Source of the DNA: Nitrospinota bacterium
GTDB lineage: Bacteria > Nitrospinota > Nitrospinia > Nitrospinales > VA-1
Assembly (NCBI GenBank): GCA_014382285.1
Contig: JACNKA010000116.1
Span: forward strand, 1,395 to 65,394
Direction: 5' to 3'
DNA length: 64,000 bases
Shown here: piece by piece, positions 52,626 to 61,827 of the stretch
Layout: every line of letters begins with the position of its first letter
How positions within the stretch are numbered: position 1 is the stretch's first letter
The notes under the pieces: model-generated
Database searches by the model: none
Seen by the model: the letters and a program-made list of their open reading frames with translations, nothing else
What the model was told of the DNA's origin: nothing
Translations under genes and position numbers: made by a program

Positions 52626-52888
52626 CCTTTGATTTTATGAAAGACTTTATGATGTTTGAAGATGAAGAACGGTTTGCCAGTCTTTGCGAGCAGTTGGAAG
52701 ATGTGATTCGTGAAATGGATGGCGGCGAAGGAAAAATCTCTGAGCTTGAAGTCATGCAAGCTCTGGATTATGTCGGATTCAACTTGTTTAGAGACAACTG
52801 GGAAGAGTATAAGAAAATGGATATGATCAACCGCGACCAGTCTCTTTCCCCGAATTCCTCAGGCAAAGAAAAGCGTTATATTCATTAG
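52622..52888 (+). CDS. Hypothetical acidic protein
   Basis: An 88-aa ORF overlapping the eda stop by 4 nt (ATGA), which suggests translational coupling. I recognise no motif. Confidence 0.45.
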   Translation: MTFDFMKDFMMFEDEERFASLCEQLEDVIREMDGGEGKISELEVMQALDYVGFNLFRDNWEEYKKMDMINRDQSLSPNSSGKEKRYIH

Positions 52889-53034
52889 TCCATCTGCTCC
52901 AGTTTCTCCAGGTTTTGCATCAGCCGGTGCATTTATGTCCCGTGCTTGGCATATCCCCTGTTTTTTTCTGATCTATAAACCCGTAGACACTTCTCAATAA
53001 TCAGTAGGCCAACCCACTTGCGGAGCGCCTGATT

Positions 53035-55182
53035 TTATTTAGCCTGGAAGCCTTGCTTCGCCAACTTTTCATATTCATCCTGAAGTTGGTTCTCGACATG
53101 TTTCACATGCCCGACCAACTCGTGGATTTTGATATCTATCTCCTTCAAATGGCTTGAGAGCTCTTGCAAATCCTGATCTGGAGTGTCTTTGAGAAACACT
53201 TCACAACGCTTGGCATGATGGGATATATGTTCAACCAGGTCGTGTACTTGGTTGATGTTATTTTGCAGTTGAGTTGTTTCCTCCTTCAACTGGGTGGCAC
53301 CCAACTCAGCCTTGATAATAAAAGTGTAGATTAGCGCAAAGACAAAAGCCCCAAACAATACCCCCTGCCCGATGAATGTCTCCCAAGTGGGGTACATGCC
53401 AAGCCAGGAAACTGAGGGTAAGAAATTTGCGGCAGTCATGGAAAGTTGTTCACCCATTTGCAACTCATGAAGTCCTTTTCCCATGAAGGTGAATGCCATG
53501 TAATACAAAAGAACACTGGTGAAACCAAAAAACCATTTGATGGGAATTCTCATGCCCAACTTATTGACCAGGTAAAATACCACCGCCAGAACCACACAAC
53601 CTGCCAGAAACCCCGGCAAAATCCCCTCGTTCGCATCGCCTGAATACAAATACAATGCTTTATAAAAAAGTACCGTTTCGAATCCTTCGCGGTAGACAGA
53701 TATAAAAGCCACCGCACCCAGAGTAAAAGTATTTCCCCTGGACAGGGCGCCATGCATTTGTTTGTTGATATATTCCTGCCATCGCTTGTTGTCTATTTTG
53801 GAAACCAGCCAATAGCTGACAGAAAATAATACGGCAACAGCTACCAGCATGATCCAGCCTTCAAGGACTTCCTGGCTGGCCATGCTCAAGTGAAGGACTT
53901 CGTGGACTATATAAGCTGTGGCAAAACTGGCAAGAATGCCGACCACCACGCCGATATGGATGGATTTCACCCGGCCCTGATTGCGGGATTTAACCAAAAA
54001 CGCGATCAATGCCGCAATAATGAGAATGGCCTCAAATCCTTCGCGAACGATGATGGAGAATGATTGAAAGAACATCCCCGTAAAACCGACCTCACTCTTG
54101 AGCAGTTCCAAACTCTTTGCCAGGTTCAGGTTGATTTCCTTCTGAAGCGATTCAACATCCTCAAATGGCGCACTACGCTTGATCTCTCCGCGATAACGGC
54201 TAAAAGCTGACTCAAGACTCACACCAAGATCCTTGTCCTTGGTAATGAGGTTGGACTCAATTTTTTCATACACCAGATAAGCGTCGAAAGCCAATTCGGC
54301 GGCATCATCAACTTGACCTGCTTTGTAGATGCTTAAACTCTCTGCAAGAAGTCTTCCGACCTCTTCAATGACCTGATCGACAATATCCTTGTTGGCATCT
54401 GCGGATGATTCGATAGCGGCCAGTTCAATGTTTACGGGCGGGAGTTTTAAGTCTGCGTTCGAAAAAGTCCTGAGATAATATGTAACATCCCAAATCTGCT
54501 GATCCGAAAGTATCCCGGCCCAGCCGATCATTGCGGTGTTGGCAATCCCAACAATAATCACTTCAAAATTATCATAGGCCTTGGTGTTTGCATCTCCTGT
54601 CAGCTTTGGATTAGATAAAACGGCAGGGGAGGGTTCAAAGTGAACGGACAAAGGGCCATCACCATCACCTTTAATGCCATGGCAAACCGAACAGTTAGTT
54701 TCATATATCTTTTTCCCATTTGCCAGCGATACGGGTGTAATGGGTGTTTTATAAATTCGAACATTGAAAGTTTCCAGAAGTTCTGAGTTGATGCTGTTGA
54801 CTTCTTCCCACATGGTTCGCGATTCGACTTTGCCCTCAACCATATCCATCAAGTTTAGAAACCGCTTTTTAAGGTTTTCTGCTTTTTCAGGCTCTTTTAT
54901 TTTTGTGCTTATTCTTTCAAACCTCTCAGTTGCCTGCTGTAGAAAAACCTTGCTTTCTTTATACTCCATGGGCACAACTATCTTCCCATCCACCACACCC
55001 TCTTCAAATTCTTTGGCGGCGATGTTGAGCATCATTACTATTTTTCTTGTTCTATCTATGGTCTCTTGATTTACGGCTTCACCCTGCTCAGTAGCCCAAA
55101 AAATCTGACTTAAAAATAAGGCCGCTAGTAAAATTTTATTAAAACCCGTTTTCTGGGTCATTGCGTTTTTTATGGATGACAT
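53035..55182 (-). CDS. Fusion protein: periplasmic mono-heme cytochrome c domain + FTR1/EfeU-type iron permease + His-rich cytoplasmic tail
   Basis: The heme motif CSVCH lies at 54679-54693. The two FTR1 signature motifs are REGFE (res 414-418) and REGFE (res 532-536, track numbering). About 7 TM helices are present. I place the start at ATG 55182 ([10 protein letters not shown]..signal anchor), because the track start at 55284 lies upstream of the predicted promoter -10. Confidence 0.85.
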   Translation of the reverse strand: MSSIKNAMTQKTGFNKILLAALFLSQIFWATEQGEAVNQETIDRTRKIVMMLNIAAKEFEEGVVDGKIVVPMEYKESKVFLQQATERFERISTKIKEPEKAENLKKRFLNLMDMVEGKVESRTMWEEVNSINSELLETFNVRIYKTPITPVSLANGKKIYETNCSVCHGIKGDGDGPLSVHFEPSPAVLSNPKLTGDANTKAYDNFEVIIVGIANTAMIGWAGILSDQQIWDVTYYLRTFSNADLKLPPVNIELAAIESSADANKDIVDQVIEEVGRLLAESLSIYKAGQVDDAAELAFDAYLVYEKIESNLITKDKDLGVSLESAFSRYRGEIKRSAPFEDVESLQKEINLNLAKSLELLKSEVGFTGMFFQSFSIIVREGFEAILIIAALIAFLVKSRNQGRVKSIHIGVVVGILASFATAYIVHEVLHLSMASQEVLEGWIMLVAVAVLFSVSYWLVSKIDNKRWQEYINKQMHGALSRGNTFTLGAVAFISVYREGFETVLFYKALYLYSGDANEGILPGFLAGCVVLAVVFYLVNKLGMRIPIKWFFGFTSVLLYYMAFTFMGKGLHELQMGEQLSMTAANFLPSVSWLGMYPTWETFIGQGVLFGAFVFALIYTFIIKAELGATQLKEETTQLQNNINQVHDLVEHISHHAKRCEVFLKDTPDQDLQELSSHLKEIDIKIHELVGHVKHVENQLQDEYEKLAKQGFQAK

Positions 55183-55247
55183 GATGGGTAAACCATTAAG
55201 ATGTTTATATTTATGATAGTTGCTACCGAGCTTGTACTTTTTAAAGT

Positions 55248-55295
55248 AATAATGAGAATTGTTATCAATATAGAAGAAAGTCATTGAAATGTCAA
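55248..55295 (-). promoter_or_regulatory. Sigma70 promoter with abutting Fur box upstream of the cyt c-FTR1 gene
   Basis: The minus strand reads TTGACA (55295-55290), a 17-nt spacer, TATATT (55272-55267), then immediately GATAACAATTCTCATTATT (55266-55248). Its plus-strand form AATAATGAGAATTGTTATC matches the 19-bp Fur consensus GATAATGATAATCATTATC at 15/19. Confidence 0.7.
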
Positions 55296-55423
55296 GGTAG
55301 GAAAGAAACTCAGAATATATGACACAAACAATTATTTAAGGAGCGAATAAACCGGGTTTGATAGCAGAGTTTTCCAGAAGTAAAAAGAGGACATCGAGGC
55401 CTGTAAAATATGATCAGATATAT

Positions 55424-55720
55424 CTAGAACTGCTTGAGCCGGTTTTCCCACTCACCAATGAGTTCGTGAAAACGATCAACATGCTTTTTTTCTTCCGACA
55501 TCAGGTCATAATACATTCTTCGCATACCGATATTGGTATCCGAATCTTCAAGAGTTTTTTCGACCAGAGTCTGGTAATAATTGACGGAGTTTTCTTCGCT
55601 AACAATACCCTTGCGCAAAACATCCAGCCGAGCTTGTACGGTTTCGGGGGTTTCTTTATCGGATTCCATATATGCCTCAGGATTTGATACTATTAATTGA
55701 TGAGAACGATCCCAATACAT
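55424..55720 (-). CDS. Small ferritin-like (rubrerythrin/EncFtn-like half-ferritin) protein
   Basis: 98 aa (81 aa from the alternative Met at 55669). 'SEENSVNYYQTL' is followed 34 residues later by 'EEKKHVDRFHELIGEW'. This gives an E...ExxH di-iron half-site pattern on a predicted two-helix hairpin. Confidence 0.5.
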   Translation of the reverse strand: MYWDRSHQLIVSNPEAYMESDKETPETVQARLDVLRKGIVSEENSVNYYQTLVEKTLEDSDTNIGMRRMYYDLMSEEKKHVDRFHELIGEWENRLKQF

Positions 55721-55789
55721 CGTATCTAGCTCATGATTTGCACGAGGACGTTTTTAAATTATACCAGAGAACTTATTATGGAGTGTGTC

Positions 55790-56257
55790 ATGTACAAAAA
55801 AATAGCGGTTTTTTTTCTGATGATCCTGCTTTCTTGCCTTTCCGGTTGTTCCCTGCATTCCGGGTCAACTTATGACCGCAGCGAAATGGGTTCGCCGGAA
55901 TACTTTAAAAAGGGCGTTATTGTATCTGTAAGGGATGTGGAGATTAAGGGAACGGAATCGGGAACAGGTGCTGTAGCAGGAGCAACAGCAGGGGGCCTTG
56001 CGGGTTCTACTCTGGGTGGGAACACAGCGACTCGTGCGCTGGGTGCTTTAGGGGGCGCAGTCATAGGCGGGGTGGTGGGCCATGCTACTGAAAATGTAAT
56101 CACCAGCGGTGATGCATCGGAATTCATCATCCAACCAGATGAAGGGGAACCTTATGCCATTGTACAAGTTAACGATGAAGAACTTAAAGCAGGCGAACGG
56201 GTCTTGATCATGGATTCCGGTAAGGTGCGTGTCGTCAGAGACCAAAGCAAAAAATAA
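55790..56257 (+). CDS. Glycine-zipper outer-membrane lipoprotein (SlyB/17-kDa-antigen-like)
   Basis: The ATG at 55790 gives the lipoprotein signal MYKKIAVFFLMILLSCLSGCS. It has a Gly-zipper 'GAVAGATAGGLAGSTLGG...LGALGGAVIGGVVG'. The track start at 55733 is an upstream extension. Confidence 0.75.
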   Translation: MYKKIAVFFLMILLSCLSGCSLHSGSTYDRSEMGSPEYFKKGVIVSVRDVEIKGTESGTGAVAGATAGGLAGSTLGGNTATRALGALGGAVIGGVVGHATENVITSGDASEFIIQPDEGEPYAIVQVNDEELKAGERVLIMDSGKVRVVRDQSKK

Positions 56258-56322
56258 TCAGGCGGTATCCACTGACAGGTTTTAAATAAAATGCACGGTC
56301 TATTCTGGAGGTTTGCAGCAGC

Positions 56323-57840
56323 ATGAATGAAGATTTAAAAAAAGATTATCTTTCTCTGACTCAACGTTTACAGGAGAGCAACCGGCTAGGTGGAGTTATG
56401 GGCATCCTGCATTGGGATCAGGAAGTCATTATGCCGACAGGAGCTGCAGAATCCCGAGCCCAACAACTTGGCGCCTTGGCCGGAGTCCTGCACGAAAAAA
56501 CCACTCACCCTGAAATGGGGAAACTGCTGGATCGCCTGCCCGAGACCAATGAAAATGGATTCACCGCTTTTGAATGGTGCAATATCCGCGAGGCCCGCCG
56601 GGATTTTGATATGGCGACACGGATTCCAAAGACATTGGTCACTGAGTTGGCTGAACTGTCCTCCCGAGCGCACCAGGTTTGGGTGAAAGCCCGTGCTGAA
56701 AACAGGTTCACAGATTTTTCTCCGGTTTTAAAACGCCTGGTGGATTTGAAAATAAAGTGGGCCGGTTATGTTTTTCCTCAAATGCAGGCTTATGACGCCA
56801 ACATTGATATTTATGAAAGAGGAACCACTCAGAAGGAGATCACTCCCGTATTCGACAAGCTTAAAGCTGAGCTGATTCCATTGATAAAATCTATTCAGGA
56901 GTCCGACTATCAACCAGACACTACTTTTTTGACCGGCCAGTTTCCGATTGAAAAGCAGGAAGCACTGGGACGGAAGATCAGCGAAGAGATGGGGTTTCAG
57001 TTTGACAAGGGCCGGATGGATGTTTCGGTACATCCTTTTTGTGGCGGAAGTCACCCGACGGATGTGCGTATTACCACTCGCTATCGAACAGACAACTTTG
57101 TCGAGTCTCTCTATGCAGTCATTCATGAAACAGGACATGGGCTTTATGAGCAAGGGCGAATGCAGGATGGTCGTGACTTGCCTGTATCTGAGGCACTGAC
57201 CATGGCTGTTCATGAGTCTCAATCCCTTTTCTGGGAGCGCATGGTCGCGCAAGGAAGACCTTTTTGTAGCCGTTATCTGCCGTTGCTAGCCGATACATTT
57301 CCACAAAACTTCAAAGGCGTGACTCCCGAAAGGTTCTATGAAGCGGTCAATGTCAGTCAGCCCTTATTGATAAGGGTGGAGGCGGATGAGGTGACTTATT
57401 CACTTCATGTCATTCTTCGCTATGAACTGGAAAAGGGTTTGTTTGACGGGTCGATTCAAGTCGAGGAGTTGCCTGAGCTGTGGAATGCTAAAATGGTAGA
57501 ATATTTGGCAGTGGAACCGCCAACAGACACGCTTGGAGTTTTGCAGGACACACATTGGAGCGGAGGAGCCTTTGGTTATTTCCCTTCTTATACTTTAGGG
57601 GCGATTTATGCCAGCCAGTTTCATAAGGCATTAATCCAGGCTATGCCTGATATGGAAATACAAATATCGGCAGGAAACCTGTCTCCTGTAAGGGATTGGC
57701 TAGGCACTCAAATTCATCAACAAGGCAGGTTGTTATCGGTTCCCGATCTGGTTAAGCAGGTCACGGGGGAAGACTTGAACCCTGCGATTTTTCTCGGCTA
57801 TTTGAAAAATAAATACCGTCAAATTTACCGACTTAACTAA
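56323..57840 (+). CDS. Carboxypeptidase Taq-type (M32) metallopeptidase
   Basis: 505 aa. 'HPFC', the zinc site 'IHETGHGLYEQG', 'HESQSLFWE' and 'IRVEADEVTY' are present. Confidence 0.9.
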   Translation: MNEDLKKDYLSLTQRLQESNRLGGVMGILHWDQEVIMPTGAAESRAQQLGALAGVLHEKTTHPEMGKLLDRLPETNENGFTAFEWCNIREARRDFDMATRIPKTLVTELAELSSRAHQVWVKARAENRFTDFSPVLKRLVDLKIKWAGYVFPQMQAYDANIDIYERGTTQKEITPVFDKLKAELIPLIKSIQESDYQPDTTFLTGQFPIEKQEALGRKISEEMGFQFDKGRMDVSVHPFCGGSHPTDVRITTRYRTDNFVESLYAVIHETGHGLYEQGRMQDGRDLPVSEALTMAVHESQSLFWERMVAQGRPFCSRYLPLLADTFPQNFKGVTPERFYEAVNVSQPLLIRVEADEVTYSLHVILRYELEKGLFDGSIQVEELPELWNAKMVEYLAVEPPTDTLGVLQDTHWSGGAFGYFPSYTLGAIYASQFHKALIQAMPDMEIQISAGNLSPVRDWLGTQIHQQGRLLSVPDLVKQVTGEDLNPAIFLGYLKNKYRQIYRLN

Positions 57841-57847
57841 AAGGTGG

Positions 57848-58369
57848 ATGATGGGCCTCGGTGACAGCAGCACAACTTATCCTAATATGAAACGCCAACA
57901 TCAATATTGTGATGTCTGCGGATCTCTTTTACCCGCTCCAGGTTTTTTTTGCGTCCAATGCGGCCCTCCTCAGCCGCCAGAACCTGACCCTGAAAAGGGC
58001 TTGAATGCTTCCCAGACTTTTTTGCGTATTGCCTTGCTAACTCTGATTTTTATTGTGGTCGTGATGGTCAAGCTGGAATTTAATCTCAAAGACTTTCTTC
58101 CGCAGGAGATCATTACTGAAGCACCCCTTAAGGTTGCTGAGGACGAAGACTTTAAATTACTTTTTAAGGTTAAAGTGAGTTTTGCCAATTTGCGTGACAA
58201 ACCCAGCACAAAGACAGGCAAAATCATATTTGTGCTGACTCAAGGCACTCAGGTTGAAATTCTGGAGAAAAAGGGTAAATGGTCAAAAATTCGCTCCAAG
58301 CCGGGATCGGGGGAGCAAGCCCGGACAGGATGGATAGGCAATAAGCTGCTTGATTCAGAAATCAAATAA
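57848..58369 (+). CDS. Zinc-ribbon - TM - bacterial SH3 (SH3b) domain protein
   Basis: 173 aa. 'CDVCG..(11)..CVQCG' forms the ribbon. One TM helix follows (IALLTLIFIVVVMV). The C-terminal 'ANLRDKPSTKTGKIIFVLTQGTQVEILEKKGKWSKI...GWI' is SH3_3-like. Confidence 0.65.
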   Translation: MMGLGDSSTTYPNMKRQHQYCDVCGSLLPAPGFFCVQCGPPQPPEPDPEKGLNASQTFLRIALLTLIFIVVVMVKLEFNLKDFLPQEIITEAPLKVAEDEDFKLLFKVKVSFANLRDKPSTKTGKIIFVLTQGTQVEILEKKGKWSKIRSKPGSGEQARTGWIGNKLLDSEIK

Positions 58370-58375
58370 TTTTTT

Positions 58376-58990
58376 TCAACCACTCAGTTTGTCACTCGCT
58401 TCAAGGATTGCTGTCTTGAATTCTTCATAAGTCTGGGTTACGGGAAACTGTGGAAATTCTTGCACAACGTTATCGGGCGCCCTGAACAAAATCCCGGCAT
58501 CGGCTTCTTTCAGCATTCCTGTGTCGTTGTAAGAATCTCCAGCGGCGATGACTTTCAAGTTAAGCCCTTTCAATGCTGCCACTGCCTTGGTTTTTGCATC
58601 CGGAAGCCGTAAACGGTAGTCGGTGATTCGTCCCTCGTCATCAACAATCAGGTCATGGCAAAACAGGGTGGGGTAGTCGAGTTGTGCCATCAAAGGGCCG
58701 GCGAACTGGTTGAAGGTGTCCGACAGAATGATGACCTGAAACTCACTTTCCAGCCAGGATAAGAATTCCTTTGCGCCAGGAAGCGGTGCAATGCCACTGA
58801 TCACCTCTTCTATGTCAGATAGTTTGAGATTATTTTCAGTGAGAATTTTGAGCCGCCCCTGCATCAGTTCATTGTAATCGGGGATATCTCGCGTGGTAAG
58901 CCGTAATTTTTCAATACCAGTTTTTTCAGCAAAAGCGATCCAGATTTCAGGAACCAAAACTCCTTCTAAATCCAAGCAGGTGACGATCAT
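58376..58990 (-). CDS. thrH: Phosphoserine phosphatase/homoserine phosphotransferase ThrH
   Basis: From the ATG at 58990 the protein reads MIVTCLDLEGVLVPEIWIAFAEKTGIEKLRLTTRDIPDYNELM...VIILSDTF...AAGDSYNDTGML...FPQFPV. From memory, this is near-collinear with Pseudomonas ThrH. The track start at 59137 overlaps murJ. Confidence 0.8.
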   Translation of the reverse strand: MIVTCLDLEGVLVPEIWIAFAEKTGIEKLRLTTRDIPDYNELMQGRLKILTENNLKLSDIEEVISGIAPLPGAKEFLSWLESEFQVIILSDTFNQFAGPLMAQLDYPTLFCHDLIVDDEGRITDYRLRLPDAKTKAVAALKGLNLKVIAAGDSYNDTGMLKEADAGILFRAPDNVVQEFPQFPVTQTYEEFKTAILEASDKLSG

Positions 58991-59028
58991 CGGGGCTGCA
59001 TCCTTTGTTTCATGTTTACGAAAGTGAG

Positions 59029-60594
59029 TTATAAGGGCATTTGTTTTTTCTTTCTCAAATCCAGAAGAAAACGCCATTCTTCGTTCCTGGTAAAATGAGA
59101 GATTAAGCCATATACCAATATTCCGGAAGATATGCAAGCAGTCAGAACAAACAATCGGGTCGAGAGAGGATCACTGGCATGAAAAAAGCTTTCCCTTCCA
59201 AGATAAGTAATGGCACCCATGGCTACTGAGGCAGAAGACATTTTAAGAGTCGAACGCAGTATTTTCCTGCCACCCATCAGACCGAGGCGTTTCCTTAAAT
59301 AATAAATCAACATCGCAACATTAAATAAAGCGGATATTGAAGTCGCTAATGCCAGGCCACCATGTTGCAAGGGACCCATTAAAATTATGTTCAAAACCGT
59401 GTTGAGAATCATAGAGTAAATACCTATTTTAGCCGGAGTTTTGGTGTCCTGCAGGGAATAAAAAGCGGGGGCTATGATTTTGATTCCTGAATAAGCGCAA
59501 AGGCCAATGGAATAATAGAGTAGAGCAATGGCCGTGCCCTCGGTGGTGGAGGCCAGAAATTCACCCCGCTCCCACAAGGTATTGATGATAGGTTCGCGGA
59601 GAATGATCAATCCTACCGTTGCGGGTATGGTGACAAAAAGAATGAGACGAATACTGAAGCCTAAAGTCTGGACCAACTCCTTCAGGTTGCCCTTCGCCGC
59701 CTGGCCCGATAATGTAGGCAGAAGGGCCACCCCTAAAGCTACCGCGAATATTCCCAGAGGCAGTTGCACCAGTCGGTTTCCATAATAAAGATATGAGATC
59801 GATCCACCCGGCAACAGGGAGGCGATCAGTGTATCAATCATAATGTTTAGTTCATAAACAGCCAGACCCAATACAACCGGTCCCATCAGCCGGGCAATTT
59901 TAACAACTTCCTTCTGTCTGAAGTTAAGGGTTTTCTCAAAGCGCAGACCTTTTTTAAATACCGCAGGGAGCTGAACTAAAAGTTGCAGGGCACCCCCGAC
60001 CACAACGCCGATGGCCAACCCTGTAATGGGTTCATCCATCAACGGAGCAATCACCAGAACCGAGACAATCATGCTGACATTTTGTAAAATGGGAGTGGCG
60101 GCTGGAAGAGCAAAAACCTTCAGGGTATTTAAAATTCCCATACAGAAGGCAGCCAGACCGATGAAGAAAAGATAGGGGGACATCCAGCGTGTCAGTTTAA
60201 CCGTCAGTTCAAACTTTCCCGGTTCATCGAGGAAGCCCGGAGCAAAGACTGTTATTACTGCGGGAGAAAACACCAGAATCAATAAGGATGCTGCGGATAA
60301 GATAATAAAAAGGATGTTGAATAGGTTGGTGGTTAGTTTCCATGCGGCGGCTTCGCCCTTCAGGGTCAGTGTCTCCGAGAAGACAGGAATGAAAGCCGCC
60401 GTCACGGCACCTTCACCTAAAATTCTACGCTGCATATTTGGGATTCGAAAAGCGACAAAAAAAGCATCGGCGGATGCCGAGGAGCCAAATGCCATGGCAA
60501 TAACCATATCACGCAGGAACCCGAAAACTCGGGACACCAGAGTCATCCCGCTTACAGCTCCTGCTGCTTTACTGACTTTCTCATTGCTATTCAT
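59029..60594 (-). CDS. murJ: Lipid II flippase MurJ
   Basis: 521 aa. 'TLVSRVFGFLRDMVIAMAFGSSASADAFFVAFRIPNMQRRILGEGA' is present, and I count about 14 TM helices. Confidence 0.9.
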   Translation of the reverse strand: MNSNEKVSKAAGAVSGMTLVSRVFGFLRDMVIAMAFGSSASADAFFVAFRIPNMQRRILGEGAVTAAFIPVFSETLTLKGEAAAWKLTTNLFNILFIILSAASLLILVFSPAVITVFAPGFLDEPGKFELTVKLTRWMSPYLFFIGLAAFCMGILNTLKVFALPAATPILQNVSMIVSVLVIAPLMDEPITGLAIGVVVGGALQLLVQLPAVFKKGLRFEKTLNFRQKEVVKIARLMGPVVLGLAVYELNIMIDTLIASLLPGGSISYLYYGNRLVQLPLGIFAVALGVALLPTLSGQAAKGNLKELVQTLGFSIRLILFVTIPATVGLIILREPIINTLWERGEFLASTTEGTAIALLYYSIGLCAYSGIKIIAPAFYSLQDTKTPAKIGIYSMILNTVLNIILMGPLQHGGLALATSISALFNVAMLIYYLRKRLGLMGGRKILRSTLKMSSASVAMGAITYLGRESFFHASDPLSTRLFVLTACISSGILVYGLISHFTRNEEWRFLLDLRKKKQMPL

Positions 60595-60811
60595 TAATGG
60601 TGTCGATCCAGGTGGGAATCATTGAACGCACGTGTACGAGGTTTTACCTGTATGCAGTATAGCAAAGCTGGGGTTCATGAAGGCGAATTATTCAATGGCT
60701 TCCCTAGATAGAGGGTGATTTAAAAATCCTCCCGTTATACATCTCTTTAATATAGAGAGCCTCCGCGCATGTTATAATGATTTAAGAATAATTTTTCCCC
60801 CATGATCCTCA

Positions 60812-61393
60812 ATGCCGAAAATTAGAGTCAGGACAAAAGACCAGGAAACTTACGAAAAGCTTGTTGATGCATATGAGAAAACCGTCATTATCCAAAAACA
60901 GAAGCGATTGACCTATGGGCATTGGGATTTTGTAGTATTTGGGCAGACAGATAAAAATGAGACGGTTCTTCGCCAAGGCTACGCTGAACAGGCATCTATA
61001 AAAAAGGTTCCCATTTATATTGCTTCATTGGCTCAACCGGGACTCACCAATGTCAATGGTATCCCTATCGAAGAGTTTGTCGAGGAGGATGTTCCTGAAA
61101 AGTACAAGGGGCTGGAAATCATTCATATCGACCCTCTTCGCCCCCTCACCATAAATAAGAAGGAAACTCTCCCTGGAGCCAGTCGAACATCGGATCAAAT
61201 CTGCAAGGACTACGAAGATGAGAATATTGCGGTTATTCATTCTCCACATGAGTCGGATTGGATGATCGCCGTAATGAGATATCTCAGCGAATGTGACCGT
61301 GCATTTCCAGATGTTGTTCAGGAGGCTTTTTCTAGTAATGCCCCGCTTCATAGAAATTTTTTGTCCCTGGAAACACCCAGCCAACTTAATTGA
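60812..61393 (+). CDS. Hypothetical protein
   Basis: A 193-aa ORF with no recognised motif. Its stop overlaps the next ORF start by 4 nt. Confidence 0.45.
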   Translation: MPKIRVRTKDQETYEKLVDAYEKTVIIQKQKRLTYGHWDFVVFGQTDKNETVLRQGYAEQASIKKVPIYIASLAQPGLTNVNGIPIEEFVEEDVPEKYKGLEIIHIDPLRPLTINKKETLPGASRTSDQICKDYEDENIAVIHSPHESDWMIAVMRYLSECDRAFPDVVQEAFSSNAPLHRNFLSLETPSQLN

Positions 61394-61791
61394 TTCAAGC
61401 ACCTGTGAAAGTGATTTTAATTGCTACGTTGATTTTCGGATTTTCAGGTTTAGTGCTCGCAAAAGAGAATTCTGAGCTTGTCGTGTGTACGATGGATGCA
61501 AAGCCTTGTCCTGATGGAAGCTATGTTTCTCGTGCAGGAGCAAATTGTGAGTTCACAACATGTCCGAAGTCAATATCAGGAAAAGAGGAACTCATCGATA
61601 CCGTAATAATAGGAAGTGCTGAAACTCCTGACCCCGTATCAGAAAGAGTTTTTGAGTTAGAAAAAAAGGGCGTCGTTTCAAGTGTGACGATAATGGAATC
61701 ATTCCCTGTCCAAATACGACTGAAAGCGACACAACAAATTATTGATGAGTTAAAAGCCATCCCCCGAATTATATCACCGACATTTAAGTGA
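61390..61791 (+). CDS. Secreted protein with Cys-motif 'CxxDxKxCPDGSxVxRxxxNCEFxxCP'
   Basis: 133 aa with a signal peptide (..LIFGFSGLVLA). The Cys motif 'VCTMDAKPCPDGSYVSRAGANCEFTTCP' recurs in many small bacterial exported proteins. The start codon is TTG. Confidence 0.5.
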   Translation: MIQAPVKVILIATLIFGFSGLVLAKENSELVVCTMDAKPCPDGSYVSRAGANCEFTTCPKSISGKEELIDTVIIGSAETPDPVSERVFELEKKGVVSSVTIMESFPVQIRLKATQQIIDELKAIPRIISPTFK

Positions 61792-61827
61792 TTCGTTAAG
61801 TCCATTCTTGACTGGGAATCGCACTTC

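Noticed and set aside
55670-55790. Second Fur box in the divergent region between the half-ferritin gene and the SlyB-like gene
   Set aside because: The best candidate (GATACTATTAATTGATGAG) matches only about 10/19 consensus positions, which is not convincing.
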